Source: a virus (taxonomy: Duplodnaviria; Caudoviricetes). Taken from it: a stretch of DNA of 64,000 nt. The notes beneath the pieces are model-generated. The model saw only the letters and a list, made by a program, of their open reading frames with translations, ran no database searches and was not told the DNA's origin. Both the position numbers and the translations under genes were made by a program. The stretch is from positions 17,416 to 81,415 of IMG/VR virus record IMGVR_UViG_3300014019_000011; one strand, written 5' to 3'. Below, piece after piece: positions 9,786 to 19,171 of this stretch (its first letter is position 1; every line of letters begins with the position of its first letter).

Positions 9786-10144
9786 GCGGCCTCCTCGGCG
9801 GCGAGGCGCTGCCTGTCTTCTTCCTCGTCGTCGAACCAGTTCTCGTAATGCTCGAGCTTCCGGTTCAGCTTCTCGGAGACAACCGAAGACACGGTGTCCA
9901 GCTCGACACCGAGCAGGTCAGCGGCTCGGCCGATGAGAGCCAAAGCTCTCGGCGACCAGGACGACATGACTACCGTTTCAGCCTGGCCGCGGGCGCTTAC
10001 TAAGAGGTCGAGAGCCGTCGGCGCGTAGGCGAAGTCAACCCATTCGAACCCTCGGCCGCGGTCGACGTCAAGGTAGAAGTTGACCGCATTTGTGACCGAG
10101 GAGGCACGAGACACTTCGACGTTTATACGTTGCTGAATCGTCAT
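9782..10144 (-). CDS. hypothetical protein
   Basis: ATGA-coupled to both neighbours. Confidence 0.65.
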   Translation of the reverse strand: MTIQQRINVEVSRASSVTNAVNFYLDVDRGRGFEWVDFAYAPTALDLLVSARGQAETVVMSSWSPRALALIGRAADLLGVELDTVSSVVSEKLNRKLEHYENWFDDEEEDRQRLAAEEAA

Positions 10145-11067
10145 GCCACGTTCCTTTCCGCTTTCAGCACGGCAAGCGCGGCGCCGAGCTTGTCGTAGAC
10201 AACCTCGGCGATATCGCCCAGCACGCCGCACTTCGCGTCGGTGCTGACCTCTTCGTACCGCCGCCAGTCGCCGAGCCCATCGGCGACAGCGTCTCGATAG
10301 CCGCTGTTCGCGTCGAGGTGGCGGCCCTCGCGGACCAGGTCCAGGTCGGGGTCGAGCCATTCTAACGTGCTGTGCACGACCGTGCCGTCGACAGCGATGT
10401 CGAAGGCGATGTGCCTGCCGTCCTCGTCGTCAACTAACTTGGCGTTGACGATGGAGATGCGCTCGGTGAGCGGGGTGAACGACCGGCGGAACTCGTACTC
10501 ATCGCCGTCGTCAACGAAATCCCAATCGCTCCGCAGAAGCGCTTCGGTGACCTCGAGAGCCAAGTCATCGACATCGCCGCCGAGGACAGCCAGGCGATGA
10601 CGCTGCTCCCGGAGTTCACCGAGGAGAAGCTGGAGCTTATCAGCCGTCGTATCCGCGGCCTTCGCCGCTTCACTGAGCATGTAGAAAGCGCTGTCGCGCA
10701 TCGCCGACGCGTTCGTGCTGAGAACGTTGCCGAGGTGCGTCTCTTCGCCGGTGTCGTCGTTCACTTCGTACACACCGAGAACGCGGGTAGCGCCGTCATC
10801 GCGGACATAGCTCGGGCTGAAGCTCGGATTGAAGCCGACATACTTCACATCGTACGTGTCGTTGTCGTCGAGGAAGTCGTGAATAGCCCTAGCGACGACA
10901 GCCGAGAGGTTTTCGCTCCAGTCGGCGTATTCCTGCCCTTTAGCGAACGAGCGGTGAAGTTCTGCCGTCGTGAACGGCTTGCCTTCGGTCGTCAGCTTCA
11001 GCGAGAAGCTCGGGTTTTCGACGTGAACGGTACTATCTTTAAGCTGAAACATTTTTGATCCTTTCAT
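10141..11067 (-). CDS. hypothetical protein (acidic)
   Basis: 308-aa ORF, ATGA-coupled to downstream gene. Confidence 0.7.
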   Translation of the reverse strand: MKGSKMFQLKDSTVHVENPSFSLKLTTEGKPFTTAELHRSFAKGQEYADWSENLSAVVARAIHDFLDDNDTYDVKYVGFNPSFSPSYVRDDGATRVLGVYEVNDDTGEETHLGNVLSTNASAMRDSAFYMLSEAAKAADTTADKLQLLLGELREQRHRLAVLGGDVDDLALEVTEALLRSDWDFVDDGDEYEFRRSFTPLTERISIVNAKLVDDEDGRHIAFDIAVDGTVVHSTLEWLDPDLDLVREGRHLDANSGYRDAVADGLGDWRRYEEVSTDAKCGVLGDIAEVVYDKLGAALAVLKAERNVA

Positions 11068-11169
11068 CTGTTTCTGCTGCTCTTCGCCGGGTTTCGACGG
11101 CGGGGTAGTTCGAGCGTTGGCTACCGCGACCGGGTTTCCCCGGTTTCGGCCCTTGCCAAGGGGCCATCT

Positions 11170-11928
11170 TCAGGCGGCTCTCAGAGCGTTCCGGACGGCG
11201 CTCACCGACCGCTTAACGAAGCTCTGCGACACGCCTCCTTTCTCGCTCCAGACCCAGCCGCCGCGGTTGATCGCCGGGTTCGCGAACGCTGCGGCGATGG
11301 CGGCTTTCGCTGTCAGCTTGTTGCCCGCGAGGATTTCGTAGTCTCGGGCGGCGTGGAGAACGTCGATAAACGCGAGCTGTATGTCGGCGACGGCATCGAG
11401 AGCTGTGCAACGGAGCAGGTTGTGCAGTTCGTCGAGCGAGCCGAAGTACCAGGCGAGAGCCTGTCGCGGCGACTTGGCGTACGAGGTCGGCGTCTTCTTG
11501 AGCGATATCGGGCTGTCCGGGTTCACGAAGTGCTCGCTTGCTCGAACGACCTGTTTTCCGGCGCGCATCCAACCGCCGCGGTTGACTATCGGACTGTCGA
11601 ACGAGAAGTCGATAATCGGTTCCGGGTTGAACCGGCGGCCGCATTCGAGTTCGTAGTTCATCGCCGTCAGGCGCATGAGCAGCATCGATGTCTGGATGCT
11701 GCGGAGCGCATTCTCGTCGGTGCGAGCCAGGGCTACGACGAGAGCGTCATGCCCCTCTTCAAAAACGCTGAGCATGTGCTCGGCGACTGCCGACAACTGC
11801 GCCTTCGCCTTCGGCGGGAACTTCACGACGACGAGGTTCGACTGGTCGACGACCGGACGCTCGTACTTAGCCAGCGAGACGGGCTTCGACAGGGAGATCG
11901 GGGTGTTTTGGTTTACGTACTGAGCCAT
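11170..11928 (-). CDS. hypothetical protein with internal two-domain duplication
   Basis: PISL.K...IQ...YE..G...P..NRGGW occurs twice; start reassigned to ATG 11928. Confidence 0.7.
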   Translation of the reverse strand: MAQYVNQNTPISLSKPVSLAKYERPVVDQSNLVVVKFPPKAKAQLSAVAEHMLSVFEEGHDALVVALARTDENALRSIQTSMLLMRLTAMNYELECGRRFNPEPIIDFSFDSPIVNRGGWMRAGKQVVRASEHFVNPDSPISLKKTPTSYAKSPRQALAWYFGSLDELHNLLRCTALDAVADIQLAFIDVLHAARDYEILAGNKLTAKAAIAAAFANPAINRGGWVWSEKGGVSQSFVKRSVSAVRNALRAA

Positions 11929-12435
11929 CTTAATAATCCTTGTTTTAGAGTTACACCGGGGTTTCAGACCGGTGATGAGCTTCGTTCTGTGTTGCTCATG
12001 TAACAAAGGTGAGGCGTAACAAGCATTGAGACAAGCCCCTAAAAGCAAAAAAATGCATGTCCTCAAAATTTCATACTTTGAAGGCTCCAGATCATTAAAA
12101 TTGTAAACAAACTTTTTTCTGATAGACGGCGGATTTATTCAAGAACTCAGGAACTCTACTGCCAAACGGCGTCTTGAATTACGCCGACATGAGTTCTTGA
12201 ATTTCCGGATATCGCCGACGGCGGAGAGTAGTACTCGCGTGCGCACGCACGAGAAGACGTCTCGAATTCACAAGAGTCACAATGCCTGGGACTCTTGAAG
12301 GGCTGCACCTCTTCCGGCGTGCCGGCCGGCGCGCTAATGTGAAGTCAGACGCGGTTGCGACGGCGCATCAGGGCCGTCAACAAAGTTGCCGTTCTCAAAG
12401 TCTGTGACCCCGCGTCAGACGCGTCAACAGTTTTT

Positions 12436-13068
12436 GCCAAGCCCGTTTGCAAAAACGAAAACGCCCGCGGCGGCCCCGAACGCAAAACCGCCATCCGTCG
12501 GCGCGTTCCAAAATCGCCCAACCCTCGCGGATCGTTCTCCCCCAGTCGCCAAGCCCTTCCAAATCCCAGGGCGCATGTCGCCAAAAATCCCCCAGAAAAA
12601 CCGAAAACGCACATTTTAAATTCAGGCGATTTTCGAGTGTTCTGCAGAACAGCAGCTCCCCGAAATCCGACGTCTAAAATGTTCCGGCCGGAACGATCAG
12701 GCATCGCAAGCGAACCGCAAAGCCCTGAGAATGCGCAAGAGTAACAACCGTTGGGACTCTTGAAGGGGTCTGGCTATTGGAGGGTGCCGACTGGCAGGCT
12801 AGTATCGAAGTCACAGGAAGTTGCGACGGCGCACCATGGCCGCCAACCCCATCGCCAAGCCCATCGCAAAACGAAAACCACCGCGACGGCGCTGAGCGTT
12901 CCCCCCGCCATCTGGCGGCTCGTTCCAAAATCCCAACAGCTCCGACGGCGCGTTCCCCTTCGCGGAACGCCTTCCCAAATCCGAGGGGGCATGTCGTCAA
13001 AACCCCCAAATCCAACTCCGAAAACGCACATTATTATTTCTGCGCGATTTTCGTTTTTCATGAAAAAC
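12436..13068. repeat. degenerate direct duplication, offset 416-418 bp, in non-coding region
   Basis: GCCAAGCCC 12436/12854, CGTTCCAAAATC 12504/12921, CCGAAAACGCACATT 12601/13018, GCGATTTTCG 12626/13044. Confidence 0.85.
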
Positions 13069-13221
13069 AGAACTCAACCGGCATGCACCGCCGACGAGGT
13101 CGAGACCGATCGACGACGGCATGGATGTAGGCGCCGACGATGACCAGGCATTCTGCCGGTTTCGCGCGGCACGATCCTGTCGACGGAAATTCAAGAACTC
13201 GCCGACATGGGCCTCGAAATC

Positions 13222-13661
13222 CCAAGACCCCCCTCCGGGTATCGATCCCCCCGGGTATACCCCCGCATTCTGGGGGCTATGCTTTCGGCAACCGGTCTTT
13301 CCACGCCTCGAGATCGCGGGTGGATTTCTCGCCTGCCAACTCATGCTCGGCATATCTGGCGAGGATGCGGAACATCACGCTGCCGTCGTCAGGGATGATC
13401 TTGGGCAGGCCGTCGACGCTGTGGTTGATCTCCAGATATCGAACCTCGATCGGATCACCGCCAGGCGTGGTCGGTGCCAGGTGGTCGATGTGGAGACGGA
13501 CATCGAGCTTGCTGACGAACTGGTGCATGTTGTCGACGATGCATGACAGCGAGCTGATGCCGTTCGTGGAGTCGTAATAGGTGCGCGGCGGCGACGGAAC
13601 GTCGTTGCGGATCATATCTTGATATCGCGACAGGATTTCCAAGACCCCCCTCCGGGTATCG
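13222..13661. repeat. 23-bp perfect direct repeat pair
   Basis: CCAAGACCCCCCTCCGGGTATCG at 13222-13244 and 13639-13661. Confidence 0.9.
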
Positions 13662-13705
13662 TTTGAGGGATACCCGGGGGTGTTGTTCGGGAGGTCAGTT
13701 CTCAT
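13277..13705 (-). CDS. hypothetical protein
   Basis: Overlap-coupled with upstream ORF; start reassigned to 13705. Confidence 0.6.
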   Translation of the reverse strand: MRTDLPNNTPGYPSNDTRRGVLEILSRYQDMIRNDVPSPPRTYYDSTNGISSLSCIVDNMHQFVSKLDVRLHIDHLAPTTPGGDPIEVRYLEINHSVDGLPKIIPDDGSVMFRILARYAEHELAGEKSTRDLEAWKDRLPKA

Positions 13706-14252
13706 CGGCACGTTCCTCCCAATTCCGCTCCCAGCTTTCCCATGCGTCCGTTTTGGTTCGCTCCTCATTCACTCCAAGCTCCGCAATGAGCATGTCGTGG
13801 AGGACCTTGGTAATCGGAAGCCGAGGTGCGTCGCCCCAGTCCCTTAGAACCTGCAGGAAGCACTCGCCAGGCCGATCGATGACCATAAGGTCCCCATATT
13901 CGCCTGTATCGAGGATATGCCGCTTCTCCTGCTTCCGTTTCTCCAGCTCGATGGCGCGAAGGCGTTCCTCTTCGGCATGCTGCCGGTCACGCTCGGCTCG
14001 CTGGCGCATGCGTTCGACTATCAGGTTGGTCTGGTCGTCGATGGCATCGTTGAACTGCTGCCGGAACGCGGACCACTCCTCGTCGGTGATATCGAACCTC
14101 TGCCGCCACATGGCTGTGTCGTACTGCGAGATATCCAGGCAGAAGCCCGTACCTGACAGCAGGGCCGAGCCTTGCGCGGGGAACAGGAACCGACGGCCTT
14201 CGAAGACAAAGCTGAGGGTATCGCCGATTTCGATGTTGCTGAATGTCCTCAT
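13695..14252 (-). CDS. hypothetical protein with central coiled coil
   Basis: 185 aa, ATGA-coupled. Confidence 0.7.
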   Translation of the reverse strand: MRTFSNIEIGDTLSFVFEGRRFLFPAQGSALLSGTGFCLDISQYDTAMWRQRFDITDEEWSAFRQQFNDAIDDQTNLIVERMRQRAERDRQHAEEERLRAIELEKRKQEKRHILDTGEYGDLMVIDRPGECFLQVLRDWGDAPRLPITKVLHDMLIAELGVNEERTKTDAWESWERNWEERADEN

Positions 14253-14638
14253 GCCGCCTCGCTTTCTGTCCTGTTCTCGGCCTTCGTCACCTTCTCGCCC
14301 TTGATGACCCGTTTCACGATCTCGCAGAGGATATCCTCGCGCCGGACACGGTACTCATTGCCGTTGACGGTATAGACCTCGTGGCCGCGCAGGAACGATT
14401 TGAGTCCGAGGCGGATGGCCTCGAAATCGGCAAGGGAATGGTTCTCCTTGAGGCACAACGCCTTGATGTCGGCTTCGTCGACGGCGGTGTTGAAAACAAA
14501 GGCTTCCAGATACGGACAGGAAGGCTTGATCGGCAGGGAGAATACACGGTGCCCGAAGGTGAAGCCGACCCGCATGTTCACGTAGTCGATGGTCATGTTT
14601 TCAGGCTGCCGGTTGGCGGTGATCTGGGTGTCTGTCAT
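14249..14638 (-). CDS. hypothetical protein
   Basis: ATGA-coupled chain; start reassigned to 14638. Confidence 0.65.
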   Translation of the reverse strand: MTDTQITANRQPENMTIDYVNMRVGFTFGHRVFSLPIKPSCPYLEAFVFNTAVDEADIKALCLKENHSLADFEAIRLGLKSFLRGHEVYTVNGNEYRVRREDILCEIVKRVIKGEKVTKAENRTESEAA

Positions 14639-14865
14639 TTCTCTCTCCTGACCCACACGTCGCATTTCTTCGTCACCAGGATCATCGTGCTGGAGAACCG
14701 GGGGATCGAACGCTCGGACGCGCAGGCCCATTCGTTTCGGCTGAGGGTGAAGGTGTCGCCATCGACAAGACGGCGGGTTTCGGGAACCGGCATGCCCATG
14801 ACCAGCCATGAGATGAATCCGACGGCGATGATGAAGGCAGCCCATGCCCATTCGGATTTCGTCAT
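14635..14865 (-). CDS. small protein with N-terminal TM helix
   Basis: WAWAAFIIAVGFISWLVMG; ATGA-coupled. Confidence 0.6.
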   Translation of the reverse strand: MTKSEWAWAAFIIAVGFISWLVMGMPVPETRRLVDGDTFTLSRNEWACASERSIPRFSSTMILVTKKCDVWVRREK

Positions 14866-15101
14866 GGCGCGGTCCTCCTGTCCCTCCTGTCGACGTAGTC
14901 GATGATCTGCTCGTTCATGCGAGTCTGTCTCAGCATGCAGTCACGCAGGAAGTTGACGTGATGGATGACCGTCTTCATCTGCTTGCGGAGAATGTCGGTC
15001 TCGGCGCGCAGGGTCTTCAGCTCGTCCTCGCGGGCGCGCTGCTTGGCGGCGTTGGCTTTCCCGAGTTCGAGACGGAGGCCGGTTAGATTGACGGTGCTCA
15101 T
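14862..15101 (-). CDS. small coiled-coil protein
   Basis: ATGA-coupled. Confidence 0.6.
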   Translation of the reverse strand: MSTVNLTGLRLELGKANAAKQRAREDELKTLRAETDILRKQMKTVIHHVNFLRDCMLRQTRMNEQIIDYVDRRDRRTAP

Positions 15102-15703
15102 GCCGATCTCCATGACCAAGCCGGGAGCTTCCCGCCTGTTGGCTTCATGTCATCCCATCCGGCCCTGAATGGGCATTCGGCTCCGTTGATGCCAGGGATG
15201 AAACCGACGGCTCCCCATGTCTCAACGCGCTCGACGATCATGAAGGTGCCTCCAAAGACGGAGGTCGCCACGATCAAGACGATGTCTCCTTCCTCGATCG
15301 TGAACGGTGCGGTTGCGGTTTGGATGGAGCTCATGCCCCCCAGCGGCTCGTCCTCGGGATCGCGCTGCTTGGCGGCATTGTCGAAGGCACGCTCCGCCCA
15401 TTCCCTAATGTGCAAAAGCAGAGCGGCAGGTTCGAAGCACCCACAAGCACTCAGCCGTTTCTCGAGACCAACAACCTCGTTGATACTCAAGAGATTGACA
15501 GTGTACTCCGTGACTACAGGATCGAATGGGTAGGCATTCATATATCCATTCTCGATACCGATATGAATCATCAGGATGCCAGGTCCGACGTTGATACCTG
15601 CGAAGGCGACTGGGCCGAGACGGTCGACTTCTTCACAGTCAACGAAGCGAAGAGAATGATCGTCCACATGTTTCCAGGCGCTAAGCCTCGTTGTCTTGCT
15701 CAT
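15098..15703 (-). CDS. hypothetical protein, C-terminal SH3/KOW-like segment
   Basis: IEEGDIVLIV...MIVERVETWG. Confidence 0.6.
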   Translation of the reverse strand: MSKTTRLSAWKHVDDHSLRFVDCEEVDRLGPVAFAGINVGPGILMIHIGIENGYMNAYPFDPVVTEYTVNLLSINEVVGLEKRLSACGCFEPAALLLHIREWAERAFDNAAKQRDPEDEPLGGMSSIQTATAPFTIEEGDIVLIVATSVFGGTFMIVERVETWGAVGFIPGINGAECPFRAGWDDMKPTGGKLPAWSWRSA

Positions 15704-16419
15704 ACCGACACCCTCCTGTTCAGGACCTCGGAAAGAGCGTCCACGGTTTTCTGGAATTCCGACTTCGGCTTCAGGTCGAGCCTGCGACCGTCGGCGTTGA
15801 GCTGGGCCAGCGCCTTCTGGAACCGGTCTTCCGACAGGGCGACGAGAGCGGCGCGGCCATGGCGCTCGACCAGGTCGACATCCGTCAGCTTGACGGAGCC
15901 ACGACCGAAGGGGCCGGGCTTGGTTCCCTTGCGGCCATCGTGCAGGGCCTTGCGGCGCATGGCGCGGCTGCCGTGCAGGTGGGCGTTCTCGGAGACGAGA
16001 TCGAGTCCTACGAGGACGTGGGCGGCGTTACGCTTGCGGGCAAGGTTGTGCTGGCGCAGGTGCTTGCCCGAGCGCTTCAGCTTGGTCTGGCTGACATTGT
16101 CCAGGTAGTTGGCGAGGAAATTCCGACTCCACTCGTCCTGGTCGGTTAGCTCGAATTCCGGCAGGTCGAGATCGTCGCCATCGCCGATATCCTCCCTGAC
16201 GGCCCTGATGGTGCCGAGCGTTTTCCCTGAGGCATCGGGATCGATGTCGAACCGTGCGTTGATCTCGGCCATGGCATCGTGCATCGCACTTGCGATGTCG
16301 AGATCGTCGTCATCGTCGGCGAGCTTCAACCATTCGCCGCTACCCGAGCCGTCAGGGCTAAAGGTGACGGAATACATCCCGTCTTCGAGCGTCTCGAGCG
16401 TCTTGATATCACTGTTCAT
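15700..16419 (-). CDS. hypothetical protein (acidic N-terminus, basic C-terminus)
   Basis: 239 aa in coupled operon. Confidence 0.65.
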   Translation of the reverse strand: MNSDIKTLETLEDGMYSVTFSPDGSGSGEWLKLADDDDDLDIASAMHDAMAEINARFDIDPDASGKTLGTIRAVREDIGDGDDLDLPEFELTDQDEWSRNFLANYLDNVSQTKLKRSGKHLRQHNLARKRNAAHVLVGLDLVSENAHLHGSRAMRRKALHDGRKGTKPGPFGRGSVKLTDVDLVERHGRAALVALSEDRFQKALAQLNADGRRLDLKPKSEFQKTVDALSEVLNRRVSV

Positions 16420-17023
16420 GCTGTTCCCCTGTTTTGTCTTTTCGGATTGCCCGGTTCCGGAGGGCGGCCCGCTTCGGCATTTCGAAGGTCGGGGTCTCGG
16501 GATCGGGAATTGGTTCGTCGGCGGCCGGTGCTTCCCAGACGGCGATCCGGGCGTGCTCGCGAGGCGGACGTTCGTAGTGGCGGTAGCCCCGCAGGCTCGC
16601 GAAGACGTCCAGCCCCTCGTCGACGATATCGGCGCAGCGCGAGCGGCGGAGATGGACCTGGGCGGCTATCTGGCGAAGACTGGTGCCGAGCGCGAACAGC
16701 TCGACGATATGGCTCTCGAGGCCGATGTTCTGGCAGCCCTTGCGCCAGTAGTTCAGGAACCAGCGGACTTCGATGTTCCTCGGGGTCGTCGGGATATAGT
16801 CGCGGTCGCCGGTTGCGCCGCCGCCCATGCCGATGCGAACCATATCGAGCGAAGGCGCCGACAATCCGTCCTCGAGCGCGGCGCGGATTTCGAGAGCCGC
16901 CCGGAGACGGTGCGGAAGCATGTTGGAAGTCAGGAGGGGATCGGGCGACAGGTATCGGCGTGTCTCGGGAGTTCCCCGATCACGTTTTTCGACAGTCCTG
17001 ATCTGTTTCTTCTTTTTCGCCAA
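16409..17023 (-). CDS. putative late transcription regulator (Q-like, C-terminal HTH)
   Basis: GTSLRQIAAQVHLRRSRCADIVDEGLDVFA HTH; heads a long coupled operon. Confidence 0.5.
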   Translation of the reverse strand: MAKKKKQIRTVEKRDRGTPETRRYLSPDPLLTSNMLPHRLRAALEIRAALEDGLSAPSLDMVRIGMGGGATGDRDYIPTTPRNIEVRWFLNYWRKGCQNIGLESHIVELFALGTSLRQIAAQVHLRRSRCADIVDEGLDVFASLRGYRHYERPPREHARIAVWEAPAADEPIPDPETPTFEMPKRAALRNRAIRKDKTGEQHEQ

Positions 17024-17120
17024 CGTCGTTCCCCAACGAGTTCGTTAGGGAAAGTCTTCGGCCGCCGGCGGAAAGCGACAAGCGGATGCGGAAATTATTT
17101 CTGCATCGGAGTGCGGACAT

Positions 17121-17159
17121 GGAAAAGGGCGCGTTCTATATTTGAAACCCCGCGCCCTT
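17121..17159 (-). terminator. leader terminator downstream of that promoter
   Basis: AAGGGCGCG...CGCGCCCTT inverted repeat followed by TT on minus strand. Confidence 0.5.
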
Positions 17160-17200
17160 CCCAGGAAGAATACGTCTCAGCTCAGTCGTATTCGATAAAC

Positions 17201-17229
17201 AATATGGCTACGGCCGGCGAAAGTGTCAA
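17201..17229 (-). promoter_or_regulatory. sigma70-type promoter
   Basis: TTGACA-17 nt-CATATT on minus strand. Confidence 0.65.
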
Positions 17230-17270
17230 TGCAAGACCCCGACAGTGGTGAAGCCGTCGGGGTCTTGAAT

Positions 17271-17828
17271 TCAGTCAACATCGTCGGCGAAGAAGGAGAG
17301 TTTACGAGGCTGGCGACCGAACCAGTTTTCAGCCGTCTGCTGGGCGACAAGGTCATCGAGGTACTGCTCGAGACCTTCGCCGACGCGCTTCGATGCCCAG
17401 ACAGCGAGACGGAGGACATAGCGGGCGACAGCGCGAAGCTCTGCGTCCTCCTCGGGCGTGGAGAGGTCCACGTCGAGATAGACGCACTGCTTCGGATCGA
17501 TACCGACAGCTTCGATGACCTGGTGGCGTGCGAGTTCGACGCGAGCTTTTGCCGTCAGCTTTCCGTCGCGCTCGATCAGCGCAAGCGTGAAGTTGCGGGC
17601 GAGATAGGCCTTCTGCGCGCGGGGGCCTTTCTGCCAGTTCGTGATGCCGTACACCATGTAGTTACGGACCGTGTCGGGGTCGCGCGTCCAGACCCCGGCC
17701 CAGTCCATGCGCCAGACCCCGAACTTCTCTTCACCCGGGTGCCAGCCATCGGGTTTGGGCTTGGGCTTCACTTTGGGAGGATTGGGATCGCGATAAGGGC
17801 GATCAACTTTGGCAGAGTACGTAACCAT
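17271..17828 (-). CDS. hypothetical protein
   Basis: 185-aa ORF, RBS GGAA upstream. Confidence 0.65.
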   Translation of the reverse strand: MVTYSAKVDRPYRDPNPPKVKPKPKPDGWHPGEEKFGVWRMDWAGVWTRDPDTVRNYMVYGITNWQKGPRAQKAYLARNFTLALIERDGKLTAKARVELARHQVIEAVGIDPKQCVYLDVDLSTPEEDAELRAVARYVLRLAVWASKRVGEGLEQYLDDLVAQQTAENWFGRQPRKLSFFADDVD

Positions 17829-18031
17829 TTCTGGTTCCTTTCGCTGTCGGAGAACGGGCCGACACCCGACAGACCCGGGCTTGGGCCTGAACTGGAAAAA
17901 ACGATTGGGTACTCTGGCATTCTAGGGTTTGCTGTTCGTCGCGTGTTGCCACGCGCCGCCATCGCGATGACCGGTCTACCGGTTCCGAATGAAGCAATCC
18001 CTTACGAAATCGTTAAAATGCGACCGACACG

Positions 18032-18056
18032 AAAAACCCCGCTCGAGGCGGGGCTT
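18032..18056 (-). terminator. rho-independent terminator
   Basis: CCCCGC stem plus T5 on minus strand after 18059 ORF. Confidence 0.6.
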
Positions 18057-18058
18057 CG

Positions 18059-18319
18059 TTACCGGATGACGGCAGGCCTGCACGTCGCGTCGGCGACATC
18101 GAGCCGCCACTGTGCTTCGTCGTGCTTGATCCAGGCATCCACCGTTCCGTAAACCGGAAGCACCCGATGCATGCCGCCGCCGCCGAGGGCGGGGAGATAA
18201 CACGGTGTCTCCCAGTCGATGTGGAGCCTGTCGTCGACCTCGGAAGCCTCAAGGAGAGCGAGGTCCTCGGCGATATCGTCCCAGTCGAGGATGGGGTCGT
18301 CGTAAACCTCAATCGCCAT
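18059..18319 (-). CDS. small acidic hypothetical protein
   Basis: GGAGG RBS upstream of ATG 18319. Confidence 0.6.
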   Translation of the reverse strand: MAIEVYDDPILDWDDIAEDLALLEASEVDDRLHIDWETPCYLPALGGGGMHRVLPVYGTVDAWIKHDEAQWRLDVADATCRPAVIR

Positions 18320-18578
18320 CGTAAACCTCCCAGCCGAATTCATCGACCGTGATCTCCCGGGCGGCGGCTACTGCCTTGCGACGGCGGCGGACGGTCTCGC
18401 GCTGCCAGGGGTTCTTCAGCACCTGACGGTCGAAGGAGATGATCTCCGCTCGTTGCGGCCGGTGAGCCAGGTAGGTCTCCAGACCCTTGAGATACGGTTC
18501 CATGACGGCGCGTTCGGCAGCGTCCATGTCAGGGAGGCATTTGGCGAGGCACCTCGCGTTGATTTCCATGATATCCAT
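18309..18578 (-). CDS. hypothetical protein
   Basis: GAGGGG RBS; overlaps next gene. Confidence 0.6.
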   Translation of the reverse strand: MDIMEINARCLAKCLPDMDAAERAVMEPYLKGLETYLAHRPQRAEIISFDRQVLKNPWQRETVRRRRKAVAAAREITVDEFGWEVYDGD

Positions 18579-18661
18579 TTTCGTTCCCCTCTATCCGCCT
18601 TGATGGCGGTTACCTGATATTGTGGTGTGGTTTCCGCCGGCGCAAATCGCCGGCCGGAATG

Positions 18662-19171
18662 TCAGCGCGGTCCTTGCCGCCCCGGATTGTCGTTCGATGG
18701 CCGATGACGAAGTCCTTCGGTCGCAAGCTCGACGAGATCGTCAAGGGCGGCGGCTTCCGATAGGATGGTCGGATCGCCATCGGCGTTCGTGTCATGGGTC
18801 CAGCCCTGGCCGACGCGGACAGACCAGATCAGCCAGTCGACGACATGCAGCACGTCGTCGCCGTGCCATCTCATCCACAAGCGTGAGCGCTGCTCCCACT
18901 TCCTGCGGAGGACGGCATCCTCGCCGCCGCCCATGTTCGGCCATCCGTCGGTGCGGTACCAAGCGGGGTCGTCGCTGGCATCGTACGGATCGCGAATGAA
19001 ATCGGCATCGACCCCATCTTGCGCTATCCACCATTCGACGAAGAGCCGAGCGAGGCCGGGTTCGACCAGGTGGCGGATATCCCGCTGGATGGAAGCGGGA
19101 ATATCGATCTCGTGGATGAGCGCCTGGACGGCCGATCCGAATTCCGGGTGTGACTGTGCTGACTTGCTCAT
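18662..19171 (-). CDS. hypothetical protein resembling the N-terminal part of rhizobial PcfJ-domain proteins
   Basis: HVVDWL...W...D.G.P..L motif; SNDN tail; ATGA-coupled to AbiEii gene. Confidence 0.5.
   Translation of the reverse strand: MSKSAQSHPEFGSAVQALIHEIDIPASIQRDIRHLVEPGLARLFVEWWIAQDGVDADFIRDPYDASDDPAWYRTDGWPNMGGGEDAVLRRKWEQRSRLWMRWHGDDVLHVVDWLIWSVRVGQGWTHDTNADGDPTILSEAAALDDLVELATEGLRHRPSNDNPGRQGPR

Noticed and set aside
12100-13270. CRISPR or other short-spacer guide array; also short ORFs 12345-12704 and 12774-13061
   Set aside because: No regular short repeat-spacer periodicity and no cas-like gene; ORFs have biased low-complexity translations explained by the duplication
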